Origin: Ignavibacteriota bacterium
GTDB lineage: Bacteria > Bacteroidota > Ignavibacteria > UBA10030 > CAVZMI01
Direction: 5' to 3'
NCBI GenBank assembly: GCA_963776275.1
Contig: CAVZMI010000037.1
Span: 1-60,109 of the forward strand
Length of the DNA: 60,109 nucleotides
Below are positions 48,681-60,109 of this stretch, piece by piece. Positions within the stretch are counted from its first letter, which is position 1; the number at the start of each line of letters is the position of its first letter. Under the pieces are notes generated by a model. That model made no database searches. It was not told where the DNA came from and worked only from the letters and a program-made list of their open reading frames with translations. Position numbers and translations under genes: made by a program.

Positions 48681-49594
48681 TCAGCCTTTCCCGATTCGTA
48701 CGAGTGCCGCATGATGTTTCTCTCAAGCAAGAGGGCTATAATCTTTCCCAGGATTTCCCTATTCTCTTTTGCGATAAGGTATTTCCCGAGATATTTTACT
48801 AAAAGATATATCCGAAGAATAATTCGTGCTGACAACATCCGGTGCTTTTGATAATATAAGAGCTGACTTCGCCTGTATTCATATGCCATGCGGCCGGGAA
48901 TAATGTCGATGGAGCATCCGTGAAGATGAATAAGCGATGGTCCGGGAAGATAAACAATTTCCGATCCTGCAGACCGGATACGGGCACAAAAGTCGGAATC
49001 TTCAAAATACATAAAATAATCTCCATCAAAACCGCCGACCAATTCAAACAACGACCTACGGACAAGCATTGCAGCTCCGGTGAGCCAGGGAAGCGAACGC
49101 TGTCTTCGCAGAGACCTTTCCATCGATGTGCGAATTCGCAGGTTCTTTGATCGAATACAGCGGTTCCAGTATCTTGTCTTCGCTTCTCCAAAAAGTCCCG
49201 GCTCTCCTCCGGTTGAGAGCTGATACGATCCATCGCTGTTTAACAACGTCGGTCCCACTATCCCGACGTTTGGATGTCTATCAAGAAATTCCACAAGCGG
49301 GTTCAAAACATCCTCATGCATTATCGTATCATGATTTAATAAAAACAGATATTCTCCACAAGCAATTTCGGCCCCACGATTGTTCGCCCGGCCATAACCG
49401 ATGTTATGCGACAGGCCGACGACTTCTATCCGGTCGCTCAGAGTCTTAAGACGCCGTTCATCGAAATCTTTCGATCCATTATCGACAACAATAATCTCAT
49501 ATTTTTCCTCTCTGATCCAGGGAAGAAGCGATTGAATACACTGAAGGACCAGATCGAACCGGTTGTAATTAACAATGATGATTGATACTTTCAT
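48677..49594 (-). CDS. Glycosyltransferase family 2 (WbbL-like)
   Basis: SIIIVNYN, VVDNGS, NIGYGRANN and GGFDGDYFMYFEDSD. Confidence 0.93.
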   Translation of the reverse strand: MKVSIIIVNYNRFDLVLQCIQSLLPWIREEKYEIIVVDNGSKDFDERRLKTLSDRIEVVGLSHNIGYGRANNRGAEIACGEYLFLLNHDTIMHEDVLNPLVEFLDRHPNVGIVGPTLLNSDGSYQLSTGGEPGLFGEAKTRYWNRCIRSKNLRIRTSMERSLRRQRSLPWLTGAAMLVRRSLFELVGGFDGDYFMYFEDSDFCARIRSAGSEIVYLPGPSLIHLHGCSIDIIPGRMAYEYRRSQLLYYQKHRMLSARIILRIYLLVKYLGKYLIAKENREILGKIIALLLERNIMRHSYESGKAE

Positions 49595-50722
49595 GCTTTT
49601 GGGAATTTTACCTGCATAAAAAATTCGTGCAGCTGTTTTGCAAAAATTGCATTTGTAAAGTGCTCGAGAACCCGTGCCCGGCCTTCTTCGGCTAACCGTT
49701 TCCGTTCTTCTTCATTGACAATGAGGTCATAAAGAATCTTCTGCAATGCATGGACATCGTTTTCTTTGAAAATCCAGCCGGCGGTTCCTATAACAGCCGG
49801 TATTGCCCCTGAATCCGATCCGACGGTACAGACTTCACACGCCATCGCTTCGATGAGTATTCGTCCGAATTGTTCTTTCCATGTTGCTGTCGTTCGTGAA
49901 GGAAGCACAATGATGTCAAGTGCCGACAACAACTCCGGCATTTGTTCATGAGGAACAGGGCCGATAAAATAAATATCCTGTGCGCGACGAAGTCGTGCCG
50001 CAAATTCTTTCAAAGAGTTCAATCCCGGGCCGCCCCCTGCGATAACGCATGTCGCGGGAATCGTTAGTTTCTCGAATGCTTGTAAGAGAAGACTAACCCC
50101 TTTTTCCGGAATGAGGCGTCCGGCATAACCGACTACCGGCCCCGACACACGCCACCCTTCTTTGAATCGTGAAGTCGTCCGGCGGTAAAAAAGAGCAGGA
50201 TCAACTCCGTATTGCGGCTGAATTAGCATAGGCGCCTTAAACGATCGCCGACGCAGAATCTCTGCTGCATCCCAGCTCCCAACGACGGCCGCAGCTGCCG
50301 AACGACGGACTATTCGAAAAAGCATCGCATGGATTAAGTTATACTTCCGGTCGATGTTTTCCCATGTATAAAAGACATACGGTATATTGTTGGAACGACA
50401 AAAAAGATGGACCTGAAAAGCACACAGACTCCGCGGTTCTTCTTCTATGTAGATAAGATCAGGACGCTGCTGGCGAAGATGCTTCCATAATTCCTTCCAT
50501 GAGTAATAATGACGATTAAGTTTATTGGGCCAATGGAACCGGAAGCGGCTTTACATTGAGTTCCGGATAGCAATGTATTTCGGCTATTACCTCGCGCCCC
50601 CCTTCAGTCCACGACGAAGGGGTGATTAGAGACAATTTATCGTGATACTGCCGATGCATCATGGCTAGTTTCTGTTGGTACAATCCAACAACGCTGCTAT
50701 GTGAAATTACTACTATATTCAT
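49591..50722 (-). CDS. Glycosyltransferase family 4 (apparent +1 indel at ~50535)
   Basis: The N-terminal ORF 50522-50722 joins PDLIYIEEEP...TWEN...GRLIPEKG...WKEQFGRILIEAMA if one C is removed. Confidence 0.88.
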
Positions 50723-50730
50723 CGGTTATC

Positions 50731-52309
50731 TCATATCAATCGTCGTATTGCTGCAATGCCACGTCGGATAATTTCTTCTGCAACAACAACTTTCATCACT
50801 GCTGCAAGTACGAGGTACAAAATTCCTGATAACAAACATGTTCCGGCTAGAATCCCAAAGCGGGCGCCCCATAATGTAATCGAACAAAATGGTGCGATCG
50901 AATGAACTCCAAGAAGGAATACTGCAAATAGAATGCACGGAAAAACAATTCTCAATGCCTGTATGCCCACAACAATCCATCGGAATTTAATTATGTCGCG
51001 AAGCCGAAAAAGAAGTATACATGCATGCAACATATAGGTGACAATGAACGATATAGGTATTCCAACCGGAACCGAATAGATATGGAAATACTATCAATCC
51101 TACAATATTCACCCCGACCATTGCAATACCGACACGCATAATGATTGTATTATTCCGGGTTGCCTGGAAAAAGCGTGGAAAAGTCATCACCACGGCATGG
51201 CCGAGAAGACCAAGAGCATAGTAACCGAGCATCGTCGATGTCGCGGCGGTTGCGTCCGGAGTGAATGCACCTCTTTCGAATAGAACCTGAATAAATTCAT
51301 TACGGAAAATGAGTAGAAAAATAATAAATGGAGTAACCAGGAGAATGATGAACGAGAGTAAGCGTTCTGCATAATTCCTTAACGATTGAGTATCACCTTC
51401 GACATTTTTCTCCGATAATGTCGGAAAGATCACAGTCGTTATCCCTACACCGAGAAAATTGATGAAAAAAACCGAGCTCTTTAACGCATAATCAAGAGCC
51501 GAAAGTGTTCCGGCGGGAAAATCGGCTGCAATCTTTTTTTCGAAAAGGACGTTCACCTGGTTGAAAAGAGAATAGATAATCAAGGGAGTGGCAAGTATAA
51601 TACACTGCTTGATTGCAGGATCTTTCCAAAAATTCCCTCTCACCGGTGTGAAATGATGCCGGCCAAGCCGCCAGAACACAATCATCGTGAAGACGATCAT
51701 TCCGATCACTGCTCCCCATGCGGCTGCTGCTATTCCGAATCTTGATACTCCAAAATACAATACCGGGATGATCATGGCAAACATGAATACTTTTTGAAGC
51801 GCCGGCAATCCAAATTCGTTACGGCTGTTCAGGACGTTTCCTGCAAACGTAGAGAGAATAGTGAGAACAACGAGTGACGACGTTACTGTAAGGAGTGAAA
51901 CAGCGAGTAATTGTCCATCAGGCGAAAAACCGTGCGCAATGAGAGCAATAAGAGGCGATGCACAGAGAAGAATCACAAGCCAGAGGGATATGCTTACAAC
52001 GATGAAGAACACAAGGAGTGCTGAAAAAATCCTTCTCTGTTCCTCGAATGTCTTCCCGGTGTAAAGGATAGGGATTACAACTGCGTTGATGATTCCGATC
52101 GATTCGGTCGAGAAGAGCGTCGGAACTGCCATTGACATTTTGTAGGCATCGGTTATCCAGGTTGTACCGAAATACGCAGCGATGAGCATCTCCTGGATGA
52201 TATTCACAACCTGCCCGAGAGCAACAAAAAATATCACGCTTCCTGCAGCGAAAAATCTTGAATAACCATCAGGCTGTTGTTTTTCTTCAGAAATTCCCAC
52301 GCGATTCAT
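50731..52309 (-). CDS. MurJ/MviN-like MOP flippase (apparent +1 indel at ~51068)
   Basis: AAYFGT...[17 protein letters not shown] and LFERGAFT; ORF 50731-51033 supplies the last transmembrane helices. Confidence 0.85.
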
Positions 52310-53520
52310 CGAGCTGAGTATTTCATTACAGTGTTGAGATCCTTATCACCCCGGCCAGAGAGATTTACGATAATCAACGTCTGCCGTGGAAGGGTTTTTG
52401 CGAGCTGTAGTGCATATGAAACAGCATGTGCCGATTCCAGAGCCGGGATGATCCCTTCCATCCTTGCCAGTATATGAAAAGCTTCAAGCGCTTCACTATC
52501 GGTGATTGCCACATATTCCGCGATGCCGGCATCCTTGAAGTAACAGTGCTCGGGACCGACCCCCGGGTAATCGAGACCGGCTGAAATTGAATGTGCTATT
52601 TGAATCTGACCGTCTTTATCCTGTAAGAGATATTGCATTGCACCGTGCAGAACGCCTTTTTTGCCAAGTACAAGCGATGCCGCATGTCTTCCGGACGTCA
52701 ATCCTTCACCCGCTGCTTCGACTCCAATCATTCTTACTGCAGGTACATGCTGAAGAAATGGATAGAACATCCCCATTGCATTGCTTCCGCCGCCGACACA
52801 GGCAATTAAAATATCCGGTAGTCGATTTTCATACTCTTTGAATTGATCTAGTACTTCTTTTCCTATAACCGACTGAAAATCTCGTACCATCATTGGATAC
52901 GGATGCATACCGACGACCGAACCGATGATGTAAAAAGTATCCTTGACGTTCGTTACCCAGTCGCGAATCGCTTCGCTAGTTGCATCTTTTAGTGTCCGGC
53001 TTCCGGAGCTTACGGGACGGACTTCGGCGCCAAGAATCTTCATGCGATATACATTGGGAGCCTGGCGCTCGATGTCTTCTTCTCCCATATACACAATGCA
53101 CTGGAGACCGAAAAGAGCGCATACAGTTGCAGTAGCAACCCCATGCTGCCCCGCTCCTGTTTCTGCTATAATACGCTTTTTCCCCATCCGCCGTGCTATA
53201 AGGACTTGCCCTACAGTGTTATTAATTTTATGAGCACCTGTATGACAGAGATCTTCCCTTTTCAGGTATATTGAAGCCCCACCGGCATACTCGGTCAGAC
53301 GAGATGCCTTATATAGCGGTGTCGGCCTCCCCGCATAATGCCTCAGTAAGAATTGAAGTTCCTGAAGGAACTCCTTATCATTCTTGAGTTTGCCATACCA
53401 TTCTTGAAGTTCTTCCGAGGCAGGTATTAACGTCTCAGGAATGAACTTACCTCCGAAAACACCGAAATGTCCGGTCTCATCCGGAAGCGCATAATCAGAA
53501 ATCTTGATCTGATTCATCAT
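52306..53520 (-). CDS. trpB: Tryptophan synthase beta chain
   Basis: [27 protein letters not shown] and [11 protein letters not shown]; likely start 53520 or 53517. Confidence 0.98.
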   Translation of the reverse strand: MMNQIKISDYALPDETGHFGVFGGKFIPETLIPASEELQEWYGKLKNDKEFLQELQFLLRHYAGRPTPLYKASRLTEYAGGASIYLKREDLCHTGAHKINNTVGQVLIARRMGKKRIIAETGAGQHGVATATVCALFGLQCIVYMGEEDIERQAPNVYRMKILGAEVRPVSSGSRTLKDATSEAIRDWVTNVKDTFYIIGSVVGMHPYPMMVRDFQSVIGKEVLDQFKEYENRLPDILIACVGGGSNAMGMFYPFLQHVPAVRMIGVEAAGEGLTSGRHAASLVLGKKGVLHGAMQYLLQDKDGQIQIAHSISAGLDYPGVGPEHCYFKDAGIAEYVAITDSEALEAFHILARMEGIIPALESAHAVSYALQLAKTLPRQTLIIVNLSGRGDKDLNTVMKYSAR

Positions 53521-54142
53521 AAAAGGTCGTTGTTTTTGCTTTAATAATGAATTCCCGGACTTTTCCCGGGTCTTTTTTCCCTGGCGATTTCTCGACACCC
53601 GAGCTCACATCGACTCCGTAAGGCCTGACGAACCTTATTGCATCTTCGATATTCTTCGCTGTTAATCCGCCGGAGAGCAGTAATTTCCCATACTGCTTTG
53701 CCTGGACAGCAACATTCCAATCGAATGTCTCTCCGGTCCCTCCAGGTTTTCCGGGTCGCAGTGTATCAAGAAGAATTGCCTGTACTTCGAACAATCCCAA
53801 CTGGGTTAAATCAAAGTTTTCGCCTACACGAAATGCTTTAATGACTGCCACATCATATCCCGTGCAATCCTCAGGATGTTGATCTCCGTGCAACTGAATT
53901 GCACTCAGACTTGAAGATCTGAGAACCGCCTCTATCTCCCTTCGTGGAGAATCGACAAAAACTCCAATTTTTGTAATATGTTTTGGAAGTTCCTGCACTA
54001 TCAATGACGCATTTTCCGGCGATATATATCGTGGGCTCTCTTTATGAAAGATGAATCCTACGGCATCCGCGCCGTATTTTATGGCATCGAGTGCATCGTC
54101 AAGATTCGTAATTCCACATATTTTTACATAGATCGATTCCAC
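53495..54142 (-). CDS. trpF: Phosphoribosylanthranilate isomerase
   Basis: [20 protein letters not shown] and DVSSGVE. Confidence 0.96.
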   Translation of the reverse strand: MESIYVKICGITNLDDALDAIKYGADAVGFIFHKESPRYISPENASLIVQELPKHITKIGVFVDSPRREIEAVLRSSSLSAIQLHGDQHPEDCTGYDVAVIKAFRVGENFDLTQLGLFEVQAILLDTLRPGKPGGTGETFDWNVAVQAKQYGKLLLSGGLTAKNIEDAIRFVRPYGVDVSSGVEKSPGKKDPGKVREFIIKAKTTTFYDESDQDF

Positions 54143-54143
54143 T

Positions 54144-54923
54144 TCAACCTCGAAGTAAAGAACGCAATGCCGCAGTCCGGTCAGATGCAGTTATCAGTTG
54201 TTCACCGACGAGAATCGCCTGAAATCCTGCTTGAAATAACTGAAGCACCTGTCCATGGTTTTGAATCCCGCTCTCACTCACGCATATCCGTCCGTCCGGC
54301 ACACTCTCACGCAACCGGAAAGAGGTATCGAGATTCACGTTAAATGAATTAAGATCGCGATTGTTAATTCCGATGATCTCTGCACCTGCATCGACAGCCC
54401 TTCCGATTTCATCTTTCGTGTGACACTCGACAAGACATTGCAGCTTAAGATCATTGGCCTGTCGAAGGAATTGTCCAATCGATGCTGAATCAAGTATATT
54501 GACAATCAGCAGTATTGCATCGGCCCCAAGAGCACGCGATTCAAAGATCTGGTATTCATCTATAATAAAATCTTTTCGGAGAACCGGAAGTATACTCGCA
54601 TTTTTTACTTCTCGGATTGCTTCCGGATATCCCTTGAAATATTGTCGTTCGGTCAGGACCGATATTGCCGATGCCCCTCCGACTGTATAGTCAAAGGCGA
54701 TCGTTTGAGGATGAAAATCATTTATCAGAACGCCGCGCGACGGGGACGCTTTTTTAATTTCTGCAATGCAGGCAATATCATTTTTAAGTAAAGCCCCACG
54801 GAAATCTCGCGGCCGCTCGCTCTTTTCTGCTCTAAGCCTGATCTGCTTTAGAGAAATTTGTGCTTTACTATGCTCGATCTCTACTTTTTTATTCGCTACG
54901 ATATTTTCCAAAAATGTTGTCAT
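54144..54923 (-). CDS. trpC: Indole-3-glycerol-phosphate synthase
   Basis: IAEIKKASPS, SVLTE, LRKDF, GINNRDL and SESGI. Confidence 0.96.
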   Translation of the reverse strand: MTTFLENIVANKKVEIEHSKAQISLKQIRLRAEKSERPRDFRGALLKNDIACIAEIKKASPSRGVLINDFHPQTIAFDYTVGGASAISVLTERQYFKGYPEAIREVKNASILPVLRKDFIIDEYQIFESRALGADAILLIVNILDSASIGQFLRQANDLKLQCLVECHTKDEIGRAVDAGAEIIGINNRDLNSFNVNLDTSFRLRESVPDGRICVSESGIQNHGQVLQLFQAGFQAILVGEQLITASDRTAALRSLLRG

Positions 54924-54975
54924 TCATTCTCGCACGTACTATTCATCGCCGTTGTGAACTCTGCGCTCGAAACAA

Positions 54976-56322
54976 TCATGAGGGTTGTACTTCCGGGGAA
55001 GCCGTTTCAGCTTTTTTCCTGGCCTGATATTCTACAATTCCCTTTACCTTGATTTGCCATATTCGCCGTTGACTTTTCTTTGTGACGATGAATGAAAGTC
55101 CGCTGTAACGCACTTCATCGTTCACTTCCGGAATCTTTCCGAATATTTTCAGCAGAAATCCGCTGATCGATTCATATTCCGCATCCTCGGGTATCTCGAT
55201 ACCGAATCGTTTATTGAAATCGTCGATGCTTATTCGTGCGTCGACCACAACAGAGCCGTCGGCCGAAGCCTCGATTTCTTTCACTTCTTCATCGTATTCA
55301 TCATGAATTTCGCCGACGATTTCCTCGAGAATATCCTCCATCGTAATAATACCGTCGATCGTCCCAAACTCGTCTACAACGATAGCCATGTGGAGCTTCT
55401 TCGACTGCAGCTCGCGAAGCAGATGGCTGATTTTTTTCGTCGATGGAACGAACAGAACCGGCCGGATTATATCGTGCAATATGATCAGATCCCTGTGTTC
55501 AAGAAGTGTCAACAGATCTTTCGTATAAATCACACCGATAATGTTTTCAAGAGAATTCCGATACACCGGTAATCTTGAATATCCCTGCTCGGTCACGATG
55601 TGAATTAGATCCTCGCGCTTGGTATCTACATCAATTGCTACAACGTCTGGACGCGGAACCATGACCTCTTTCGCAATTGTATCTGTAAACTCAAATATGC
55701 TGGATATAAGTTCGTGTTCGGTTTTATCAAAAATTCCTGTTCTTGTTCCTTCATCGAGGATAAGTTTAAATTCCTCTTCGGAGATTCTCGATTCCGAAAA
55801 GCTTGTCTTGTCGTGAAGAGGTTTCAGAATAAGATTGCTTGTAAAGGTCAGCGATCTTATGAGGAAATGAAATAATTTGGACAACAATACGATCGGCGGT
55901 GCTATGATCATTGCAACACGGTCCGAGTATCGGAGTCCGATTGACTTTGGTACGAGTTCACCAAATACAAGCATCAAGAACGATAATACCAGAACAACGA
56001 TAACAAGCGAGATTGTTTCGGCCGAACCGGCGAATATGGGAATTGTAGCAATCAGGGGTTTCAGGTATTCAACCGCCGTGACACCGGCCAGCGCCGAGGC
56101 AAGAGATCCCACAACCGTCATTCCAATTTGCGTGGTCGCTATAAACGCATCTGGGGATGATTGAAGCTTTTCCACCCTCTTTGCCCGGTGAATTCCCTTT
56201 TCAATTAATTCCCTTATTCTGCTTTTTCGTGTCGCAACGACGGCGATTTCACTGCCGGCAAAGAATCCGTTGAGCATGATAAGGAAAAATATTAAGAGAA
56301 TATCAAGCCAAACGTCATTCAT
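54976..56322 (-). CDS. Hemolysin/CorB-type CNNM-CBS-CorC membrane protein
   Basis: NGFFAGSE, GELVPK, CBS pair, VDEFG and EDILEEIVGEIHDEYD. Confidence 0.92.
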   Translation of the reverse strand: MNDVWLDILLIFFLIMLNGFFAGSEIAVVATRKSRIRELIEKGIHRAKRVEKLQSSPDAFIATTQIGMTVVGSLASALAGVTAVEYLKPLIATIPIFAGSAETISLVIVVLVLSFLMLVFGELVPKSIGLRYSDRVAMIIAPPIVLLSKLFHFLIRSLTFTSNLILKPLHDKTSFSESRISEEEFKLILDEGTRTGIFDKTEHELISSIFEFTDTIAKEVMVPRPDVVAIDVDTKREDLIHIVTEQGYSRLPVYRNSLENIIGVIYTKDLLTLLEHRDLIILHDIIRPVLFVPSTKKISHLLRELQSKKLHMAIVVDEFGTIDGIITMEDILEEIVGEIHDEYDEEVKEIEASADGSVVVDARISIDDFNKRFGIEIPEDAEYESISGFLLKIFGKIPEVNDEVRYSGLSFIVTKKSQRRIWQIKVKGIVEYQARKKAETASPEVQPS

Positions 56323-56450
56323 AGTGTAAGTTCACCAACAATGTTTTGTCCAATTTTTCCCTTCCTGCTGATACTCTCTTCAATGCACACCGCTCGCTTT
56401 ATGCCATCGATTAAATATACGCACTTTGATATCGACCTTCCACGATACAT

Positions 56451-57461
56451 TTATTTTGTATGTTCACGGAGTTGATCAAGTTTTTTCAATGCGCTTCCAT
56501 CATCAATTGCCGATTGCGCACGTTGAATACCCTCTTTCACGGTTGATGCCAGTCCCGTGACCATCAATGCGGCACCGGAGTTCAGGACGGTGATATCCCG
56601 ACGGGGTCCCCGTTCTCCTTGAAAAATTTTAAGAAGAATATGCGCATTCTGCTCGGCATCGCCGCCAAGGAGATCGTGAAGCCTTGGAACTTCGAAACCG
56701 AATTCCTCCGGATTGATTTCATAGCTGAGTATATTTCCATCCTTGATTTCATTGACTTTCGTGGCTCCGAGCGTCGATATTTCATCGAAACCGCCTGCGC
56801 CGTGGACAACCAATGCATGTTCGACCCCGAGATTGAGTAAAACATCCGCAATCGGTCGTATCAATGATGCTTCATATACACCGATAAGCTGTCGTGTCGC
56901 TCCGGCCGGATTTGTGAGCGGTCCGAGGATATTAAATATCGTCCGGAATCCCAGTTCGCGTCTTATGGGAGCCGCATATTTCATTGCACCGTGAAGTAGG
57001 GGTGCAAATAGAAATGCAATGCCGATCTCATCCAGGCAGCGTTGCATTTTCTCGGGAGTGGTTTGATCGACATTAACTCCAAGGGCTTTCAGGACATCGG
57101 AGCTTCCGCACTTACTTGAGATTGCCCTGTTCCCGTGTTTCGCTACGACTGCCCCCGCTCCTGCGGCAACAATTGCCGCCGCGGTGGAAATATTAAATGT
57201 GTTGCCGCCATCTCCACCTGTCCCACACGTGTCAAGAATAACGGGATGTTTCGACTGGATACGCGTAACTTTTTCGCGCATTACCCTTGCACAGGCTGTG
57301 ATCTCCTCCACACTTTCCCCCTTCACTCGCAGAGCCGTGAGAAAACTGGCGATCTGCACGGGTGTTGCTTCACCGGAAAGGATCTGAAACATCGCACGAT
57401 AGGCGATTTCCTGCTGCAGATTTTTCCCCTGAGCAAGAAGAGTCATTGCTTGTGAGATCAT
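56451..57461 (-). CDS. trpD: Anthranilate phosphoribosyltransferase
   Basis: DTCGTGGDG, FNIST, KHGNR and FNILGPLTNP. Confidence 0.97.
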   Translation of the reverse strand: MISQAMTLLAQGKNLQQEIAYRAMFQILSGEATPVQIASFLTALRVKGESVEEITACARVMREKVTRIQSKHPVILDTCGTGGDGGNTFNISTAAAIVAAGAGAVVAKHGNRAISSKCGSSDVLKALGVNVDQTTPEKMQRCLDEIGIAFLFAPLLHGAMKYAAPIRRELGFRTIFNILGPLTNPAGATRQLIGVYEASLIRPIADVLLNLGVEHALVVHGAGGFDEISTLGATKVNEIKDGNILSYEINPEEFGFEVPRLHDLLGGDAEQNAHILLKIFQGERGPRRDITVLNSGAALMVTGLASTVKEGIQRAQSAIDDGSALKKLDQLREHTK

Positions 57462-57528
57462 CTTTCATTCCCTGTTGGTGCATTTTATTGAAATGTACAT
57501 TAATCCGGAGAGAGAATCAACGAATGCG

Positions 57529-58257
57529 TCAATAGCTCACTTCCCAGAGAAATAACCCCTGGGGTGGTGCTGCCATGCGTGCAGCCCGTCGATCGCGCTC
57601 ATTAAGGATATAAAGAAAATCTTCGACGGAGATGAATCCACGTCCAACGTCGACCATGGTACCCACCAACGTCCGTACCATACCATGGAGAAATCGGTCA
57701 GCAGTGATATCGAAGATAAAGCGATGCTCCTCGGCGATCCAGGCGGCATAGTAAACGGTACAGATGTGATTATTCACTTCGGACTTCGTCTTGCAGAAAG
57801 AGGCGAAATCGTGCTCGCCCTGAATGATTTCTGCACACCGGTTCATTCGATCGATATCCATTTTATATTTAATCCACCACTCGTATCGACGCTGAAGGGG
57901 ACTTCGCTGTGTAGAGATAAAATATTTATATCGCCTTTCAACGACTGAATACCGTGCATTAAAGGTTTCAGGAACTTCTTCGATGGCAATAATCGCCACA
58001 TCGTCAGGCAGTACGCTATTGAGGGAATGACAAAGACTGTCTACATCGACTGACGCCGTCACACGACAGTGCGCGACCTGACCGCGGGCATGAACACCGG
58101 CGTCGGTTCTCCCGGACCCGACAACCGAATGCCGTTCCTGGAGAATTTGATCGAGCGCATGCTCAATTTCAGCCTGTACGCTTCGTCCGTTCTCCTGGAT
58201 TTGCCAGCCGACGAAATCCGTTCCGTCGTATTCAATAGTCAGTTTTAGAGTTTTCAA
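57529..58257 (-). CDS. truA: tRNA pseudouridine(38-40) synthase
   Basis: YDGTDFVGWQ, GRTDAGVHA and FLHGMVR. Confidence 0.96.
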   Translation of the reverse strand: MKTLKLTIEYDGTDFVGWQIQENGRSVQAEIEHALDQILQERHSVVGSGRTDAGVHARGQVAHCRVTASVDVDSLCHSLNSVLPDDVAIIAIEEVPETFNARYSVVERRYKYFISTQRSPLQRRYEWWIKYKMDIDRMNRCAEIIQGEHDFASFCKTKSEVNNHICTVYYAAWIAEEHRFIFDITADRFLHGMVRTLVGTMVDVGRGFISVEDFLYILNERDRRAARMAAPPQGLFLWEVSY

Positions 58258-58271
58258 TGTAATAGCCGTAG

Positions 58272-58298
58272 AAGAAAAAGCCCCGAAGGAATCGGGGC
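58272..58298 (-). terminator. Intrinsic terminator-like hairpin
   Basis: Minus strand GCCCCGA-TTCCT-TCGGGGC-TTTTCTT. Confidence 0.6.
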
Positions 58299-58317
58299 CC
58301 TGGAGACGCTGCCATTC

Positions 58318-59085
58318 CTAAAAGTGGGTTTCGATTCCCACAGAAAAGCCGTCAGGGATACCCGAGGTCATCACAATCTGAGGACACAGGCGCCAGTGCC
58401 AGTTCCCTGATGTCCCTTCAAGTGCCTTGTTATAGTCAGAGGCTGCTTTCCCGGCGCTGATTGCACTAACAATATGATTTGCAATGACTGCCGCGACAAT
58501 AAATCGTGAATTATAGAGAATATTTCCCGATGATATTCGAAGATCGCGATAGCGCTGCCGTTCGACAGCGCTTTTCCACTCCCAGGCGTACCCCGCCGAA
58601 GGATTATAGAGAAGGTCAAGCCTTCTGTCCTGCAATTTCTTTTCATTATACTGATAAATATTATCGAAATTTCCAATATTAACAAAGTAGTCATCATCCT
58701 TCCCTTCACTCTGAACACCGGCATTCAGTGCGGCATAGAGGCGGGCATCGTTCTGGACGTGTCTTCCGTAAATCTGAAAACCTGCATACGTAAGCCATAA
58801 TCCCGCTTCTGCAATTGTAAAATATTTCCCCCTAGAATATTTCTCGGCATAGTACTCACCTGCCCCAGGAATAATCATCGAATAGAGTACAGCAAGAAAC
58901 ACCGATTTTCTTTGACTCCCCTCGATTTCTGTGAATGCCGGGTTGTAACCTGACTCATGCAATTTTTTTGGCATTGACATCCCCAGTAGTTGCTGATGAA
59001 TATCCTGTCGATTCGCTGACTGGGCACAGATACCTTCCGCAAAGATGATCGATCCTATTAATGCCAAAAAAAACAATTTTTTCAT
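58318..59085 (-). CDS. Hypothetical exported/membrane protein (DUF5683-like AxLxSxxxPGxG motif)
   Basis: Signal peptide MKKLFFL; AVLYSMIIPGAGEYY; C-terminal Phe. Confidence 0.65.
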   Translation of the reverse strand: MKKLFFLALIGSIIFAEGICAQSANRQDIHQQLLGMSMPKKLHESGYNPAFTEIEGSQRKSVFLAVLYSMIIPGAGEYYAEKYSRGKYFTIAEAGLWLTYAGFQIYGRHVQNDARLYAALNAGVQSEGKDDDYFVNIGNFDNIYQYNEKKLQDRRLDLLYNPSAGYAWEWKSAVERQRYRDLRISSGNILYNSRFIVAAVIANHIVSAISAGKAASDYNKALEGTSGNWHWRLCPQIVMTSGIPDGFSVGIETHF

Positions 59086-59156
59086 TATGCCTTCGTCTTT
59101 AAATGATTTTTGATATATGTCGGTCCTTTCAGAAGACGCCCGGAAGATTCTCTTCG

Positions 59157-60109
59157 TTACAGCGTAGCAACTGCGCCGATACATATCCCTTTTGTATGAT
59201 CGTACGATAATAACCGCACCGGTAGTATGTGATTCCCATACAAAGGATTTGCAGAAATCCGGACTTTTATATAATTATCTGTAAATCCCTCCATTCTTCC
59301 GTCGTGTGCTGTTTCTTCAACAAGCACCCGAACGCGCTGACCGATACGCGCAGTATAAAATTCTTGTTTTTTCTTCATCGAGAGAGTGCGGAGTGAGTTG
59401 CTCCGCCGCGTACATACTGCCGGGCTGACTTTACCCCTCAGTGCTGCTGCACTGGTATTCGGACGTTCCGAATAACTGAACACATGAAGATACGACACCG
59501 GAAGTCTGGCCAACAATGAATGAGTAGCTTCAAAATGTTCATCGGATTCTCCGGGAAAGCCGACTATCACATCAACGCCTATACCCGCATCCGGAAAAAG
59601 TGTGTGAATCGAACCTATAAGTTTCACAAAATCAGCTGTAAGATATCTCCGTCGCATTGCTTTCAGGATTTCATCATGACCGCTCTGCAGAGGAATATGA
59701 AAATGACGGCAGATCTTGGACGATTGTTTGATATACTGCAGAAGATTATCATCAAACAAGTTCGGTTCGATAGAGCTGATCCTGATCCGTTCGAGTCCCT
59801 TCACCGTTTCAAGTTTTTCGAGAAGAGATAACAGCGATGTCTGTACCGGCCGGCCGTAGTCTCCGACATTCACACCCGTCAGCACAATTTCACGGAATCC
59901 TTGCTGCACCAGTTTCTCCGCCTGTAAAACAGTCGTCGGGATATCCTGGCTTCTGTTTTCACCCCGGGCCATCGGGATTGTACAATAGCTGCATGTATAG
60001 TCACACCCATCCTGTATTTTCAGAAAAGCGCGTGTACGGTCTCCACGAGACGTTGAATACGCAGGTCCAAATTCATTTGCATCATCTATACAGCCGACAT
60101 GAATCCGGG
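59157..60109 (-). CDS. mtaB: tRNA t6A methylthiotransferase MtaB (5' end outside the window)
   Basis: Upstream of the listed ORF the frame reads RTRAFLKIQDGCDYTCSYCTIP (radical-SAM CxxxCxxC); also RISSIEP and HVFSYSER. Confidence 0.92.
   Translation of the reverse strand, partial: RIHVGCIDDANEFGPAYSTSRGDRTRAFLKIQDGCDYTCSYCTIPMARGENRSQDIPTTVLQAEKLVQQGFREIVLTGVNVGDYGRPVQTSLLSLLEKLETVKGLERIRISSIEPNLFDDNLLQYIKQSSKICRHFHIPLQSGHDEILKAMRRRYLTADFVKLIGSIHTLFPDAGIGVDVIVGFPGESDEHFEATHSLLARLPVSYLHVFSYSERPNTSAAALRGKVSPAVCTRRSNSLRTLSMKKKQEFYTARIGQRVRVLVEETAHDGRMEGFTDNYIKVRISANPLYGNHILPVRLLSYDHTKGICIGAVATL

Overview
A mostly minus-strand chromosomal segment from an FCB-group bacterium. Gene content and TTG-N17-TATATT promoters suggest Ignavibacteria/Chlorobi relatives, which is an inference. 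The housekeeping backbone is rho, folC, pyrD/pyrK, folE, lolCDE, prfB (programmed frameshift), aspS, trxA, dnaE, proS, nadD, trpB/F/C/D, truA and mtaB. The window also holds an oxidative-stress/pterin operon, a family B DNA polymerase, a glycosyltransferase/flippase block and five intact tRNAs. At least eight single-base indels in otherwise intact genes look like read or assembly errors. The most unusual signal is at two tRNA-Ser loci (15.2-16.3 kb and 20.3-21.4 kb). At both, a small GIY-YIG nuclease gene sits among duplicated tRNA pieces and short structured hairpins. At locus 1 these form an 81-bp tandem array of GAA/GTA-bulged hairpins, one nested inside another of its kind. At locus 2, double-hairpin inserts land at TC^GAATC in tRNA D- and T-loops, and an intact tRNA lies inside a split tRNA. 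Together they suggest an integrase-free, tRNA-targeting hairpin/GIY-YIG mobile system. Other notable items are a RAYT-like transposase carrying its own palindrome and an in-frame 30-bp x ~18 repeat, two candidate structured ncRNAs near tRNA-Lys, and a lipoprotein with clan CD protease-like motifs.
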